Source: Callorhinchus milii (taxonomy: Eukaryota). Taken from it: a stretch of 64,000 bases of DNA. Positions 13,480-27,068 of this stretch are shown here, piece by piece. The position numbers were made by a program, and so were the translations under genes. Each line of letters begins with the position of its first letter. Within the stretch, counting starts at the first letter, position 1. The DNA lies in the NCBI RefSeq assembly GCF_018977255.1, contig NW_024704742.1, positions 14,076,001 to 14,140,000 of the forward strand, written 5' to 3'. The notes beneath the pieces were generated by a model. It did not search any database. It worked only from the letters and a program-made list of their open reading frames with translations, and was not told where the DNA came from.

Positions 13480-13990
13480 GCTCTCATGCTTGTGGCCTTC
13501 TCTGACCTCCACAATATCACTTGCCTTGTCACTCTCTCTGCTGAGAACCTCATTCATGCCTTGATCGGTACAGATTTGACAATTCAAATGCCCTGCTTGC
13601 TTGACTCCCTATTTCCTGCGCTACACAAGCTACAGACCATCCAGAACTATGTAGCATATGTCTTCTCCCACACCAAGCTTCTCAAACCCAATACCCTTAA
13701 TCTCGCTTGGTCCCACTGGCTCCCTGTCCACCAGTGGATCAAATTCAAGATCATTGTTCTTACTTTTAAATCCCCCAACAGTCTCATCCCAACCTACATC
13801 TACAGATTCTTGCATATCTATTGCAGGACTCTCCCTCCACTCAGCTAACACCAGCCTGCTTCATGTTTCCTGCTCAATCAAGGCATATCTCAAAATGTGC
13901 TTCTTTGACTGCACTTTCGTCCAGTATAGTCAAACACTTTGAGATGGCCTCTGAACATGAAATGCGCTTTATAAATGTAAATTAAATTGT
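13480..13990 (+). mobile_element. Old L2 3' fragment
   Basis: ORF 13414-13848 contains AENLIHAL, LHKLQTIQN and HWLPVHQWIKFKII. Confidence 0.8.
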
Positions 13991-15864
13991 AATTGTGGGA
14001 TCAGCTCCTTGTAAATGTCATTTTAAAACCTCTCCCAATGTGCTCTCCAATATTTTTTAAAAGACTATCTTCAAGTGGAGGCCAACTGGTGTTAATAAAC
14101 AGGTTACCTCATGAACTGCTTTGCAAGAACATATTTCCCTCTCAATTTTTACTGGAGTTTTCATGGAGATGTACAGTGAAATTCATAGTATGAACTTACC
14201 ATAGGTACTGTTCTGACCCATTCAGACTCATAAATTAAATGAAAGAAGTAACAGGAACTGAATCTTCAGATTATAACACCATTAGGCAAAATTAATATGA
14301 CCCTTCCATCGAAACCGACCATAGGCCCATTACAATACTCCCATACTTCACTGAAAATCTCTCCTTATGACAGACTTGCTTCTTCAAAAGGAAACAGTTG
14401 TAAATTGCCCTAGCAAAAAAACAGTGACTAACTGGACAACTTTCTTGGTACTTACTGTGGCTGCTCTTAACCTAGTAAACATTTTGCTGTATATAACTGC
14501 TCACAAAACCCTTCACAGCACAATGAATATCATATGCCCTGAGTTTCTCTTCTGAAATGTTAACATAATTTCTATTGTATAAGGCTTCCAGCTTGTAAAA
14601 GATGCTTCATTTAATGAATATTTCAAGAATGCTTTCAGCACAAGAACAATTGACTGGGAAACAGTCATATCAAAGTGCTGGTGTGAAGTCAATGCTTTTG
14701 TTTCAGGCATTATTCAAAACCTTGGTGCTGCACTGTGAGCACTGTGCTCTCAAGCTTGCTTTTTCTTCTACAAAGCAGGTATTGCTGTCACAAGATCTCC
14801 CGCTACAAAAGACAAGTCTTAAAACCACACAAGATGTTGATTGTGGTGAAGCATTTCTGTGGCTTTGTTTCCTTGTACATCAATCCCAGGGCTCTCTTAA
14901 CCTATTCTGAGGTAACCAAGTTTATGCTTTTTGTACAAAAGCAGTCATGTGCCAGGCGTAGGTAACAGTGGTAGGAAATGAGGGAGCTGGTTTTATGCTT
15001 GCTCCTGCCTACTATCAATCCTCCCTCCCACACCCGGGTACAAGGTGTGTACACATGTCCTCCCACTCATATTCACTCCTCCATACTCTATGCAGTGCCC
15101 ATATAAAACTTTATGGTTTCATATTTTGTTTTGAACTTTCACATTTTTCAGTGACATCCGAAGATTTTTTATGACATGTCAGATCACTGGATGTGAATAT
15201 TAAAAAAAGTATTGTTGTGAAATATGCTGTGTTCTAAATGGCAATACGAGAGAGGAGAGATCAGCACAATACACAAACTTAGAAGTGAAGTGTTGTAATG
15301 CAATATTCTGTTTCTAAGACTGTCTCATCAATGCCAAGCTAAAATGTTCCAAGATGGATTCTCGTAATGGTAACTTGTCATGTGGTTAATGGGCCTGTTG
15401 TGTAAACTGTTTAAATGTTCCTGTACAGAGGGAATAACAGATGCCCTTAATTATGGAATTAACGACCAATGAAAAGGATTGTAAAATCTCCTGCAATCTC
15501 TGTCATTCCTGGCTAATTATACGATCATCTGTAATTCCCTTTGTACACAAGATTTGTCCAACTTGCATAATAATATTATGAAAATTCATAGAAATCCACT
15601 AACATCAATAACTAATAATAGAAATTCTTCTGCGAAGGGAAGGTTGTTGAGCCACTCTGTGTGTGCTGATCTAAAGCAAATTAAGTAAAAGGACATGTTT
15701 CTGCAATCAATGACAGGTTTATGGTGAGTTATTAAATTGATGAAAACATTATCAAACAATTGCATTCAAAATCCCAGAACTATTAAACAGCTGTCAGCCT
15801 ATTTCATTTGAAAGCCCCTCTCGGCTTTGAGTCATAAGATTGTGGGTTTAATTATATTACATAA

Positions 15865-16710
15865 AATAATAATCCTTGAATTTGGCATATTACCTTATCA
15901 CGTCAGAAGGCCATTTTAAACTGCTCATTGTATTTACTGTGAAGTGGAGTGACTGTATTTGTAGGCAAATGTGGCAGCATAATTGTGTACAGCAATGTTT
16001 CACAAATAGCCATGAAATGAGTGATCAATTTTATTTGAGGGATTGCTGGCCAGAACACCAAGAGAAACTCCCCTCTCTTTTTGAATGAAGCACTTTGAGA
16101 CATCTCAATGACATAATATTATATCAAATGCAAGGATTATTATTTTATTATTATTGTAGTTCAGGTTGGCACTCCAATGGGGTGCTCTGCATTGTTGGAT
16201 ATACCATCCTTTGAATGAGATGTTAAACCACAGTTCCATTGGTCTGTTAAAGTTCATACAGCACTATTCAAAAAGAGAAATGAGTTTCTCTTGGTGTTCT
16301 GGTCATCAACCACCCCCAGCCTCCAAATAAAACTGGTCGTTCACTTCATGGCTGGTTGTGGGACATTGCTGTATACATATTGGTTGCTAGGTTCACCTAA
16401 CAAATGCAGTCGCTGCATTTTACAGCATTGGTGCCCAACCCACGGCCCACTGGCCTTAAATGGCTCGCAGGGCTGTTAAGATGCAGCCTCCTGAACATTT
16501 GCACTAGTAAAGGCAAATCTGTGTTCCATCAATCAACATGCTTCCATTTATGGCATAAATCAAGAAATATTCAATCAAGAATTTTTTTTTTTGTTGGCCG
16601 ACCAAAAAGGTTGGCTACCATTGCTTTACAGTAATTCCTGTGAAGCACTTTGAGATAGCTAGATGAAGTAATTAAGCGCTATATCAAATACAAGGATTAT
16701 TATTATTATA
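15865..16710. mobile_element. SINE cluster: family B/Deu fragment (-) 15865-16090 and family B (+) 16160-16710
   Basis: Deu cores and L2-like tails on both strands; the + copy hosts the MITE at 16426-16623. Confidence 0.75.
16426..16623. mobile_element. Non-autonomous hAT (Charlie-like) MITE, 198 bp
   Basis: TIRs cattggtgcccaacc / ggttggctaccattg (12/15 match); 8-bp TSD ttttacag (16418-16425) / ctttacag (16624-16631); interrupts a SINE. Confidence 0.8.
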
Positions 16711-17934
16711 AATATAATATGAAAGCTGCTGAATCGTAACAAAGCAAGATTATGAGAAAGTTACTGAAGAATAACTCTAACAAATGAACTTTGAGACTTA
16801 GAAGTATAGGGTCACACTCAAAGGTGTTAATTTCCCATTTTCTACTTTAGTCATTTCCACATTATAAGGAGCAATGTATTGAGGATGGATTTGAATCACC
16901 TCAATACTGATACACACAGTGTAGCTATGGTGATCAAATGTAGTTGTACTGCTTTCTCTTTGAACTTGTTCATTTACAGAATATTGTCCAGAATTTTAAG
17001 AGAAGCTAACCACTCAACAAAGATTTCGCATTTGTTCCAGATCAGCCTTGAATCAGAGGATGTCAAGATCAAACTGAATTCAAATGATCAATGCCACTAG
17101 AAATGGCTTAAGGCTCCTAAAAAATGGAAGCTTAATAGATCTGAAGCAACAAGTAATTCTCTCATTAGTTTTCTGCCAGCTTTCTTGAGAGATAAACCTT
17201 TGAGTTTGAAGAAACACTCATGTTTTGATGACCAAAGTGGTTGTATTATTAAACTGTAAATCTACTTGTCACCAGATTTAATGTAGCTCAAATTTCTATT
17301 AATGTTTGCTTTTGAATTTTTCTTGAGAAAATCCACTTAATTCTTTGCAAAGTTCCTAAAAATATGCGTCTGCCAGGTGCTGCACTATTAGTTAGAGTAC
17401 GGTTGTACAACTTTAAATTGAACAGTCATGTTAAAGAATACTTGTAGTTTTCAGATAAGCATGATGTTATTTGCATTTGAATGGATATTTGTTGAACTTT
17501 TTTCACTTCCTTCAAATATTTTCAGTGCTTAGCAACATTTCTATAAATGATTTATTACATGTGCTTTGCATTGTGCTTGATGATCCTGAACTCAGGCATA
17601 TTCCTGAACTAATGGAACAGCCAATTCCACAGTTTTACACAATTTAGATTTTTCTGATCTGTCATACAGATTTAATATTTATTGTTTCTTTTTTGGGGGT
17701 GGGGGCGGTTATTGCAATGATTTTCTCTCTTCTCCCGAACTGTTCCAAATGAGCAAATTCAATCAATGACTGAACTCTAGGGTTTGACACTGAATTAAAC
17801 ACCAAAATGCAGGTTGACCTTAGTAGAAAAAGTCATTGGGGGCTGGCATTCTTTCTACTATGCATGGTTTTAACTGGTAAAACTCAAGGAGTACCTCACT
17901 GCACACTCTGGGGTGCCTAAACCTTGGCTCTTGC

Positions 17935-18185
17935 AAATCCCTGACTGTCCAGTGCCTTGGGACATCATCCCAACATGAAAGGCGCTATACTAATGTAATT
18001 TGTTGTTGTTGTCGCCAATGTTTTCTAGGCTAGGGTAAGCATCAACAACAACAACTTAGATTTATATAGTAGCCTTGCGCAGGGTAGCGTCCCAGAGCGC
18101 TTGACAGTGACGGAGCATGACGCCGAGCCAGGAGAAGGTGACCGTAGGCACGGTCGAAGAGGAAGGTCTTCAGGCGTGATTTGTA
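17935..18185. mobile_element. Two convergent L2 3'-terminal fragments (+ 17935-18012, - 18043-18185)
   Basis: ccagtgccttgggacatcatcccaacatgaaaggcgct..(ttg)n, then (aac)n ttagatttatatag. Confidence 0.7.
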
Positions 18186-20159
18186 TTTGTATTTATTAAG
18201 ACAATAAATGGTACAGTTTTAATGGGGGTGCAGGAGCAGAGAGACCTGGGGCTTCACATAACCTGGAGCTTTAGTATGGGTGAATATGTGGTTAAGAGAA
18301 GGAATGATATACTGCTTTATTGTGAATATTTTTAACATCCTGAAGTGCTCCCAACTTGCAAGCTGCTATATAAATGTAAATTATATTGTATTGTAACTTT
18401 ACAAATAACTCCACTCTGGTTTTCGACAGAGAAGAAAGTAAAGTCTCATGGGATTGTTTGCCTCATTCAGTGTAAAGAAAAATCAACATGCTTCCTTTTT
18501 TTTCTACACATGCTCTTTAAGTGCAGGTTAAATCACTTTCTCGCTACTCTTGATAAGTCATCACATTGACTTTTTGTTTTAGCCTCCACTATGAGCTTCA
18601 CAAGGCAAGAATTTGGACTGTTTCAACGATAAACTTGTGCTTAAATGAACCCACTGCAACAACAAATTGTATTTATATAGCACCCTTCACCCCAAGATAG
18701 CATCTCGGAGCATTGCACAATGACGGGGTTGGACACTGAGCGAGGTTGGAGAGGGAGGTCGGGGGGAGGGGGGAGGGAGGATGAGTTGAACATATGCATA
18801 GCTAAGTTGTTGCTCTTGCTTTCTTTTCTCTGCTTCCTCTTCTGTGTCCTGCTCCCACAACCCACTGGTTATTATTTCTATGGAAAGACAATTGATAGAC
18901 TCGAGTGACTGAATGAACTCAAGACACAAACTGAGCACAGCTGACTTTAATTGCTCACCTGACTAGGAGTTGAATATCGACGGTGGTCAATATTCTTATA
19001 GCCAACAATACACTGACAAAGGAAATCTCTGAAATACCTACGTTTATTATCTAGGATAGGTTAACATATGATTTATTCTGTTCAAGTAATGAAATCTCTG
19101 CTTAGATATCACAGCCCCATAAAAATTGACAAGAAGGAGATTTGTATTGCACATTTTTTTGCAGTTATCTTAAATAATTTCACAAGTGGATGACCATGTG
19201 AACAAAATCCTTTTTTTTAAACAAATCATATTTTTCTTATTTAATTGTTGTCCTCCAGTTCACCTTGGTTAGATCTGAAGTCTTTAGGAGATCCAGACAG
19301 AGAAGAGTTAAAAGCAGCTGCTTATGGTGTAATATGCTATGTTTGGAGTCAAATGTAATTGCCAGTGAAGTCCTCTTCTAAATCAGCCATAATTTTCTAA
19401 AGGATTGCTGATCATGCGTTTTGTTCAGCGGTGTAAACTGATTTGTCAGCATTCAGCTCCGGAGAGTGATAAAGCATCTGGCTGGTAAAGGAATACCTCA
19501 GAAACAGTCAAGGCATTTGCAATTGCTGTGTGAACTCTCAAAGGTCCATTGTGCTGTTCAGTGTGTGCAATGTGAAAATATTAGATTTGGTTTTTGTTGG
19601 AGATCAATAATGTGAACTACTCGTAAACAAGTGTAAAAATTCCAATGCTTCTTAGCAGATTTAGAGCTGTTATCAAACGTGTTAACAAATTTCTAGTCAA
19701 GTACTAAAGATGGATCTGACACTACCTCAATCCTCAATGTTAGCCCGGTGGACCAGGCTGAAGCTGGTCCGAACCTTTTCATGTCGTCATTGTTGCTGTC
19801 GATGTGAAGTGACTCATTGTAGTGCGGTTTCATGGGATAATGATAAAGACCCATTCTGATATACCAAGTAGTTTCCCTGCAAAGTGATGTATCATAACAA
19901 GAATGGGCCATTTTGCTAAACATTGTGCTAAAGTCGGGATTAGGGAGGAGGCTTCATCGCAGTTCTTGGTAAAGCAATACAATACAAAATCACATTTGTA
20001 TTGCGCATTTCACATCGGGAGGATGTACCAAGGCGCTGGACACTCAGAATTTTTTGATCAACTGGTAATTGACATATTGTTTGAACATTTATGCTTATAC
20101 ATCAATTCCGTTAAGAGACATCACAATTTTCACCTCTATAATTCTTGATAAACTGAATC

Positions 20160-21160
20160 CTTGACCTGGTCTCCTGCCATTTTAACTCACACTCCCATTC
20201 ACAGTCTGACGTCTCCATCCATGGTCTCCTACACTGTTCCAATGATCCACAGCCAAAGCTTGAGGAACAGCATCTTATCTATCTGCTAGGGACCCTACTG
20301 CCCTCTGGCCTCAATATCGATTTCAGCCACTTCAGACCAAAACAGCTCACCTTAGCCCCTCCCCCTCTTTCTGTTACCAGAAGAGTTATCTTCTGTTATC
20401 ATTACAACAACAACAACTTGGATTTATATAGTGCCCTCCACGTCGAACGACCTCTCGGAGTGCTTCACAGTAACGGATCCCGGGGCCGAGCCAGGGGGAG
20501 GGGGAGGAAGGTGACCAAAGGCGCAGTCGAAAAGAAAGGTCTTCAGCAGAGACCTGAAAATAGGAAGAGGGGGAGCGAGAATGAAGGGAGTGAGGAAGGG
20601 AGTTCCAGAGCCTCGGGACATAGTGGCTGAAGGCACGGCCACCGAGGGTGGAGCGGAGAACTCGGAGGACAAGGAGGAGGCCAGACCCGGAGGAACGAAG
20701 GCAACGGGCACTGTTGTGAGGAGATAGGAGGTCAGAGAGGTGGGTGCAGAGGAGTGGAGGGATTTGAAGACAAGGGTGATTATTTATCTCTTTATCTTTA
20801 TCTCTCTCTGGTGTGTTGCCTGTTCTGCACTATTAACATCTCTTCTCCCCAGTTTTGTTTCAACCCAGTCCCCACCACTTTTGTTTTACATCACTATCAC
20901 CTCTTTAACCCATCAGCTAACACATTCTCTCCTTTGTTTTCTTTTTTTGTCTTCTGTGTCTTCCTTGTCCTGCCTCCCCCTCTCAACTTGTCCTTAAAAA
21001 CCTCTCCCTCCCAACATGCCCCAGTTCTGATGAAGGGTCGTGGACCCAAAATGTTGACTCACTTTCCTTTCTCCATAGATGCTGCCTGACCTGCTGAGTT
21101 TTCCCAGCTCTCTCTTTTTTGTTTGATTTCCAGCATCTGTAGTATTTTGTGTTTTGTTCT
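20160..21160 (+). mobile_element. Penelope-like element relic: GIY-YIG endonuclease C-terminus plus 3' pLTR region, interrupted by L2
   Basis: 20166-20336 translates LVSCHFNSHSHSQSDVSIHGLLHCSNDPQPKLEEQHLIYLLGTLLPSGLNIDFSHFR (PLE-type HFN..H / EQ.LI..LGTL.P.GLN motif). 21020-21160 has ctgatgaagggtc...agatgctgcctgacctgctgag. Confidence 0.85.
20404..20780 (-). mobile_element. L2 3' fragment nested in the Penelope relic
   Basis: (aac)n ttggatttatatagtgccctccacgtcg; ORF 20424-20711 contains FRSLLKTFLFD. Confidence 0.8.
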
Positions 21161-21382
21161 ATTCAGATGAGGTCCAGTTATCTCCTTCATCAATCTTACT
21201 GTGGCTCAGGGATACTGCTGAATTTGAGTGCTGCAGGTAAAATAACATTGCAATTTGTTTATGCCATGTACGTCTGTGGTCTGTCATTTGGGAACCTGTG
21301 TTATAACCTATCAATCATTTAGCTTAACATTATGGTTTATTTCATTGGTCACTATATTGAGACACTATACTGTTTTCCTCAC

Positions 21383-21920
21383 ACAATACAAATTTATATA
21401 ACGCCTTTCATGTCAGAGGTCTTCCCAAAACGCTGTACTGTCCAGGCTTTGCACCCAAGTTGGTGTGCGCCGAGGGAATAGAGTGCAGAGGGGATGAGGG
21501 CTGAAAGCACAGTCAAAGATGAAGGTCTTGAGGCAGGGGAAGGTGGGGTGGGGGTTGTAAAATAGGCTGGTGCTGCTGAGTGGAGGGAGATTTTTGAGAA
21601 GGTCACAGAGGTAGGTGGGGCAAGACTACGGAGGGATTTTAAGATTAGAATGATGATCTTGAACTCGATCCACTGAGGGAGCCAATGGAACTGGGTGAGG
21701 ATGGGGTGAGTTGATAGGCTCACAGAGCCTAGTGCGGGAAAGGACACGAGCTGCAGAGTTCTGGCTGATCTGCAGCTTGTGAAGAGAAGAAGGTAGGTAG
21801 TCCAACAAACAGAGAATTGGCATAATCTATCTTGGACATGATTACTGCATGGATAAGAGTCTTGGCAGCCCAAGGGGAGAAGTGGTGGTGGAGATGGGCA
21901 ATGTTACGGAAGTAGGACAA
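21383..21920 (-). mobile_element. Old L2 3' fragment
   Basis: Minus ORFs contain [38 protein letters not shown] and HWLPQWIEFKI. Confidence 0.85.
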
Positions 21921-22717
21921 AGCTCATGCGCTTTCTTTGCACACTCTGACCTGTTGCTTGTACCACCCTCACCTCTTATGCTGCCTTTGGCCATTGCTGC
22001 GCTCTTCCTATTCACTGTTGCTGAGCCTCTGTCCTTTACTGATTTTGATTGATTCGGCCTACACCCTACACCGCTCACTTCCATTGCAAATTGTTAGCCC
22101 AGATACACTTGCTCAAAACTCTCTTCCTACACACCCATGTCCTCCTTCCTACATACCTTCCTGCTTATCCCTTGGCCCTATCCCTTCCCTCTTCATATTA
22201 TCCCTCCCTCTTTCCTTACTTTCTGGGTGTGTGACTTGCCCCAGGCCTTTTCTCGTTAAGTCTGTCCATTTATCTTTATTTTAACTGCTGCTTCTTCTGG
22301 AAGCATTTTCTCACGTGGCCCTAGTAGCCCATCTCATTTGCAGTCAACTTAGGGAGGGAGACTCTCTGAGCTTTCAGCCTGATCTGACAGCCTACCAGCA
22401 ATCAGATCAGCCAATCTGCCCACTTCAACCACAAAGAGCACAGCAGCTGGACATGTTCACAAATGTAATCATTGACAGGTACCTGAGCTCCAAGAAATTG
22501 CAGACAAGAAACTCTATGCTTATTGTCACCGCTGCGTCTGTGAGATCTGGAGAAAAGGTTTTTGAGGCTTGTCATTTGAGATGGCATCTAAATTCATGAG
22601 ATCCAACAGGTCTGTAGAACTTCGGAGGGGTGCTTCTTTAATGGCTGGTCAATTCACAGACCTTGGCTGGTGAGTTCAGCTTATTTTTTGCTGATCTGTG
22701 AATTTAATGAGCTACAC

Positions 22718-23065
22718 AATAATAATAGTAACAGTAATTATCCTTGCATTTGATATAGCATCTTATCATATTATTGACATGTCTCAAAGAGCTAATTATC
22801 ATTTTTCATAAAGTGTAATAAGCATGCATTTCCAGACAATCACAGCAGCCAAATTGCACACAACAATACCCTACAAACAGCCATGAAGTGAATGATCAAT
22901 TTTATCTGGGGGATTGTTGGCCATGACACCGGGAAAAACTTCCTTCTCTTTTTGAATAGTGCCATTGGGTCTATAATGTCCACCTGAATAGGCACAGCCC
23001 TGGAATGTCAGCTTGGACTATGCTTAAGTGGGTCTTAAACCCACAACATTCTGACTCAGAGGAGT
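22718..23065 (-). mobile_element. SINE family B
   Basis: (aat)n ccttgcatttgatatagc ... ctacaaacagccatgaagtgaatg ... ttctgactcagagg. Confidence 0.8.
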
Positions 23066-23294
23066 GACAACCAAAAAAGCCAATTATAAATCCTCATCAG
23101 CAATGTAAACGTTCCAACCTTTGGAAAGTTACCCCTAAACAGACTGTGACATCTCTAAATCTGTTTTCTCACGATGTGGTTAAATTAACCTTTTACACCA
23201 AGCAAGCAGATAAGAACAGAGGAAAACAAGAAAAGGAGCAGGCAAATCAGACCATTTGTCATCACCCAGTTTAGTAGATCTTGGCAGATCTTTC

Positions 23295-23620
23295 CATCCC
23301 TTTAGATGAGATGCCAAACTAATGTCCTGTCTATCAGGCCAGGTGGATGCTAAAGATCCCATGGCACACTACTATGGTCTTGGCCATTGGGAGAAGCTCC
23401 CATCCATTTTTGAATAGTGCAACAATCCACCAAATAAAATTGGTCACTCACTCCATTGCTCTTTGTGGGACATTGCTGTGCAAAAACTGGCTGCTGTGTT
23501 TCGCCCACAAAAAACACGGTCAAACCATTTACAGCATATCCTGTGAAGCACTTTGAGATGTCTCAACGACTTGATATGGCACTATATCAAGTACAAAGAT
23601 TACTTTTTTATTATTATTGT
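23295..23620 (+). mobile_element. SINE family B, 5'-truncated
   Basis: tttagatgagatg ... aaagatcccatggcac ... tttgtgggacattgctgtgc, then tail. Confidence 0.75.
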
Positions 23621-24034
23621 ATGAATTTAATGGATGCATTAAGAAACATTGCAAATTTCTGTGGTTAAAGATGATCTTTGACTATGCTTTGGCCACCTCC
23701 TGAGAGAGAGTGTGCACTCCATACTAGATGAACAGAGTTTAATGCATGTGTCTCAGTCATTTGGTTTGGAGTTGTTAAGCATAGTGATGGGGTTTCTACA
23801 TTCATCGGATATCTGGCTGACTGGGCAAAAATATTCAACATCTTGATGGATTGTACCTCAGAAGTGCTGAAGCATGGCATCACTGTAATCACCATCATGT
23901 GCCATCACAGGTATCAGTGCCTTGTGGACTGATATAGCTATTGCCACGTAAACACCATTAGTGAAACAAACTTAGACACTATAGCCTACCTTTCATTATG
24001 TTGTTCACTTTGTAGAATTTGCTTAATCTATTCA

Positions 24035-24228
24035 GTAACTATTTGAAAAGAGAAAAGATTTCCTCCCGGTGTCCTGGCCAGCAATCCCCCAATTAAATTC
24101 GTTCATCCACTTGATGGCCATTCGTATGACATTTTTAAATGCAAATTGTATGCTGTGAAGCTCTTCGAAACATTTTCTTGATGTGAAAGGCACTATATCA
24201 AACGTAAGAAATATTTTTTATTATTATA
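24035..24228 (+). mobile_element. SINE family B 3' fragment
   Basis: ctatttgaaaagagaaaagatttcctcccggtgtcctggcc ... gtgaaaggcactatatcaaa. Confidence 0.65.
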
Positions 24229-25548
24229 TTCTGAGCAGTTGAGGTTGCATACGACTGTGATCAATATTAATATTTTTTTCCTGACTCTCATCTGATTGCT
24301 TTGGACCTTTTTATTGAACCAAGTCTGCAAATAACATAATCCAACTATGATGATTTACAAAGTATGACAGGGCGAGGGAGCTGATTTAACAGCACTAGAA
24401 ATGCAGTCATTAGCTGAGATTGCTTCAGCAATCTTTTCATTTCAATTGCGTTTGAATTATTTTATAATATTGTAATGGCTGTAATGAGCCAGGCAGGTAC
24501 AGACTCACAAACACACAGTTCAACAAACACAGGCTTAAGTTTGGTAATGGGTGCGGGAAACCTTAACAAAAACACACACAAAGAAGGCACCTCCAACTTA
24601 AACAATATTCTGCCACCCACATCCTCATCTGCATGCCTTCACCACAGTCCTCACTGCCAGGCTCCAATGACTCCCTATCTCCCCATATATCAAATTCATA
24701 TATCTCCCCATACATCTATTTTTCACAAGTTCTTTTGTTTTTTGATGTTAGCTCAACACCTGCAGTACTGGACTCCGATACATTGCCATTTAATGGTGTA
24801 TAACTTTTTTGATTAATTGAAGGCACTGAATTTGAGACGCATTCTTTGAGGTAATGTTTGCTTCATATACATGTCAGTACATAGTTGTATGCCTTTCTAA
24901 AAAAAAACTCCAAACAGCCTCCTCATTGCATTTAGCTCTTCCTGTTGGTATAGGACTGTTGGTTCCATCTTGTTTAAAAAATTATGGATGACAAGTACTA
25001 TAACAGAACCACATTGTTCTTCATCAGATTACCTCAAACAGAACAACAAGGGCTGAGCCATTTCCAGGTTTGATGTTGGAGGTCACTTCTTCTTCCCAGT
25101 AGCAACATTAGGAAGCTGCTGTTTACACAATACAATTACTGGGTCGAGAGGGACGAACAGGAGGCTTTTTCCTTGGTGTAAATGAACCTTCTTGATTTTC
25201 CTCCTTGAAGTTTAGTACAAAGAGCTTGTTATATATGACATCTGTGGGAGAGAAGCGAGAAGACAAAAAATAATTAGTGACGTCCTGATCCCACACAATG
25301 GGACTTCAGGGACATTTGTAGATCTACAGCTATATCCCTTTAGGCTTACTGCTCTCTAACATGGCAACAGAATGCTGATGAAAGGGTTTAAATGGAGGGC
25401 ATGGTGTGGGGAGGGGAATTAATGCAAACTTTGCTAATGCAAGTACAAAGTATTGACATTGTATTTACGATGATTTTGCAGTGAAAAGATCTATCTACAA
25501 TGTAGCTTATCAACTGGATAAGTTACAGTACTTGGTTTGCTGAAGCCA

Positions 25549-25876
25549 ATAATAATAATAATAATAATCCTTGCATTTGATATAGCGCTTTTCATGTCTT
25601 CTAGACATCTCAAAGCGCTTCACAGAATATACTGTAAAGTGAATTGACTGTATATTTGTGGGCGAACCACAGCAGCCAATTGCACACAGCAGTGTCCCAC
25701 AATTAGTTGTGGATTGAAGTGACCAATTTATTATTTTTATTCTTGAGGGATTATTATTAGGCGCATGGAGTAAGGAAATTGCCCAAGGTTTTGCCCTGTT
25801 GGGAATCAAACCCAGGTATCTTGCTTGAGAGGTGAATGCTCTAACCACTGAGCCACAAATAACCACTGTACTCCAC
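25549..25876 (-). mobile_element. SINE family A, short variant
   Basis: Colinear with 6836-7165. Confidence 0.88.
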
Positions 25877-26748
25877 AAATAAGCTAAGCAATTCTAAAAT
25901 AGGCACAAAAAAAGAGATCTTTTCTCTATCCCAAAAGACAGTGGATGCACCTCTGATAATTCAACACTCACTTGACATTTCACTGGACTGTCAGTCTTGA
26001 CTATTAATCTCAAGATCCAATATTGGACTTTGAGCTCACAACCTTCTAATCCAGAAATGAGGGAGGAGCAATTCCAACTGACATCCTAAAATACTAGAAA
26101 ATCAGCACTATTTAAACATTCCATTAGAGCATAATCTTAACCAAAGCAGTTGTTTTCTTTAAAATAGACAAGACACATTAAATGACTAAGAGCCTGAACA
26201 ACAAAGTCAATAACCAAAATCATTGTCACATCTTAGGGATATCGATCAGATCCACTAGCATATCAAAGACTATCACATTTCATTTGGTTGTCTGTCTGGT
26301 GAAGGAACAATATTATTGTAGCTTGTATATGTATTACATTTAATTAGCTTAAATACTTTTCAAGTTCTGAAGCAGAAATTCAACACACTTTAAATAGAGA
26401 AATGTAAGCCTGGAATAAAGAACTGGTCAATCCAAAACACTTGTCCAATTCAAGCTCATGTCATTAGATAATGAACCACTGTGGAGTGTTGGATCAGTTT
26501 CACCTTAATAGTTCTGTTCAAGTGGATGCTCACCTCAGAAATTGTTTAGTCTCTTTTGAAGGTATTGCCTGCGATAGAGGCTTAACGCTGTTGAACCCAA
26601 CAATGGGGTATAACATGTGCTTTATGCTCGATCCTGCTAATTTTCCAGTTTTATAATGAGACTGTTAGCTAAAGAGTTGTTTAACTAGAGAGCTCGTCGG
26701 ACCCCAGAGAGCTAAACTTTCAAACATAAGTTCTTTTTTTGGTGTGTA

Positions 26749-27068
26749 TAATAATAATATAATCAAACTTGCGTCTTTGCGACGTCTCAAGGCACTTCAC
26801 AGAACATACTGTAAAGTGAATTGACTTATATTTTGTGAACGCGGCGGCCAATTGCACACAAACAGTTGTAGATTGAAGTGACCAATTTCTTTTTAAAGAA
26901 TTATTACCACTGGAAAAGCGATCCGGCAATCAACTAACAACCAGGTTCATACTTATTACTAGGTAAACAGAAGTGTGGGGAGTAGGGAAACTTGCCCAAC
27001 ATTTCGCCCTGTCGGGGATCAAACCCAAATGAGTTAACTGCTTTAACCACTGAGCTATAGGACTCCAC
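26749..27068 (-). mobile_element. SINE family A, long variant
   Basis: Same head and tail as family A, plus the extra segment ..acttattactaggtaaacagaag.. Confidence 0.85.

Noticed and set aside
19693..19960. Coding-looking stretch / ORF 19693-19923
   Set aside because: No recognisable domain or convincing splice sites in either orientation.
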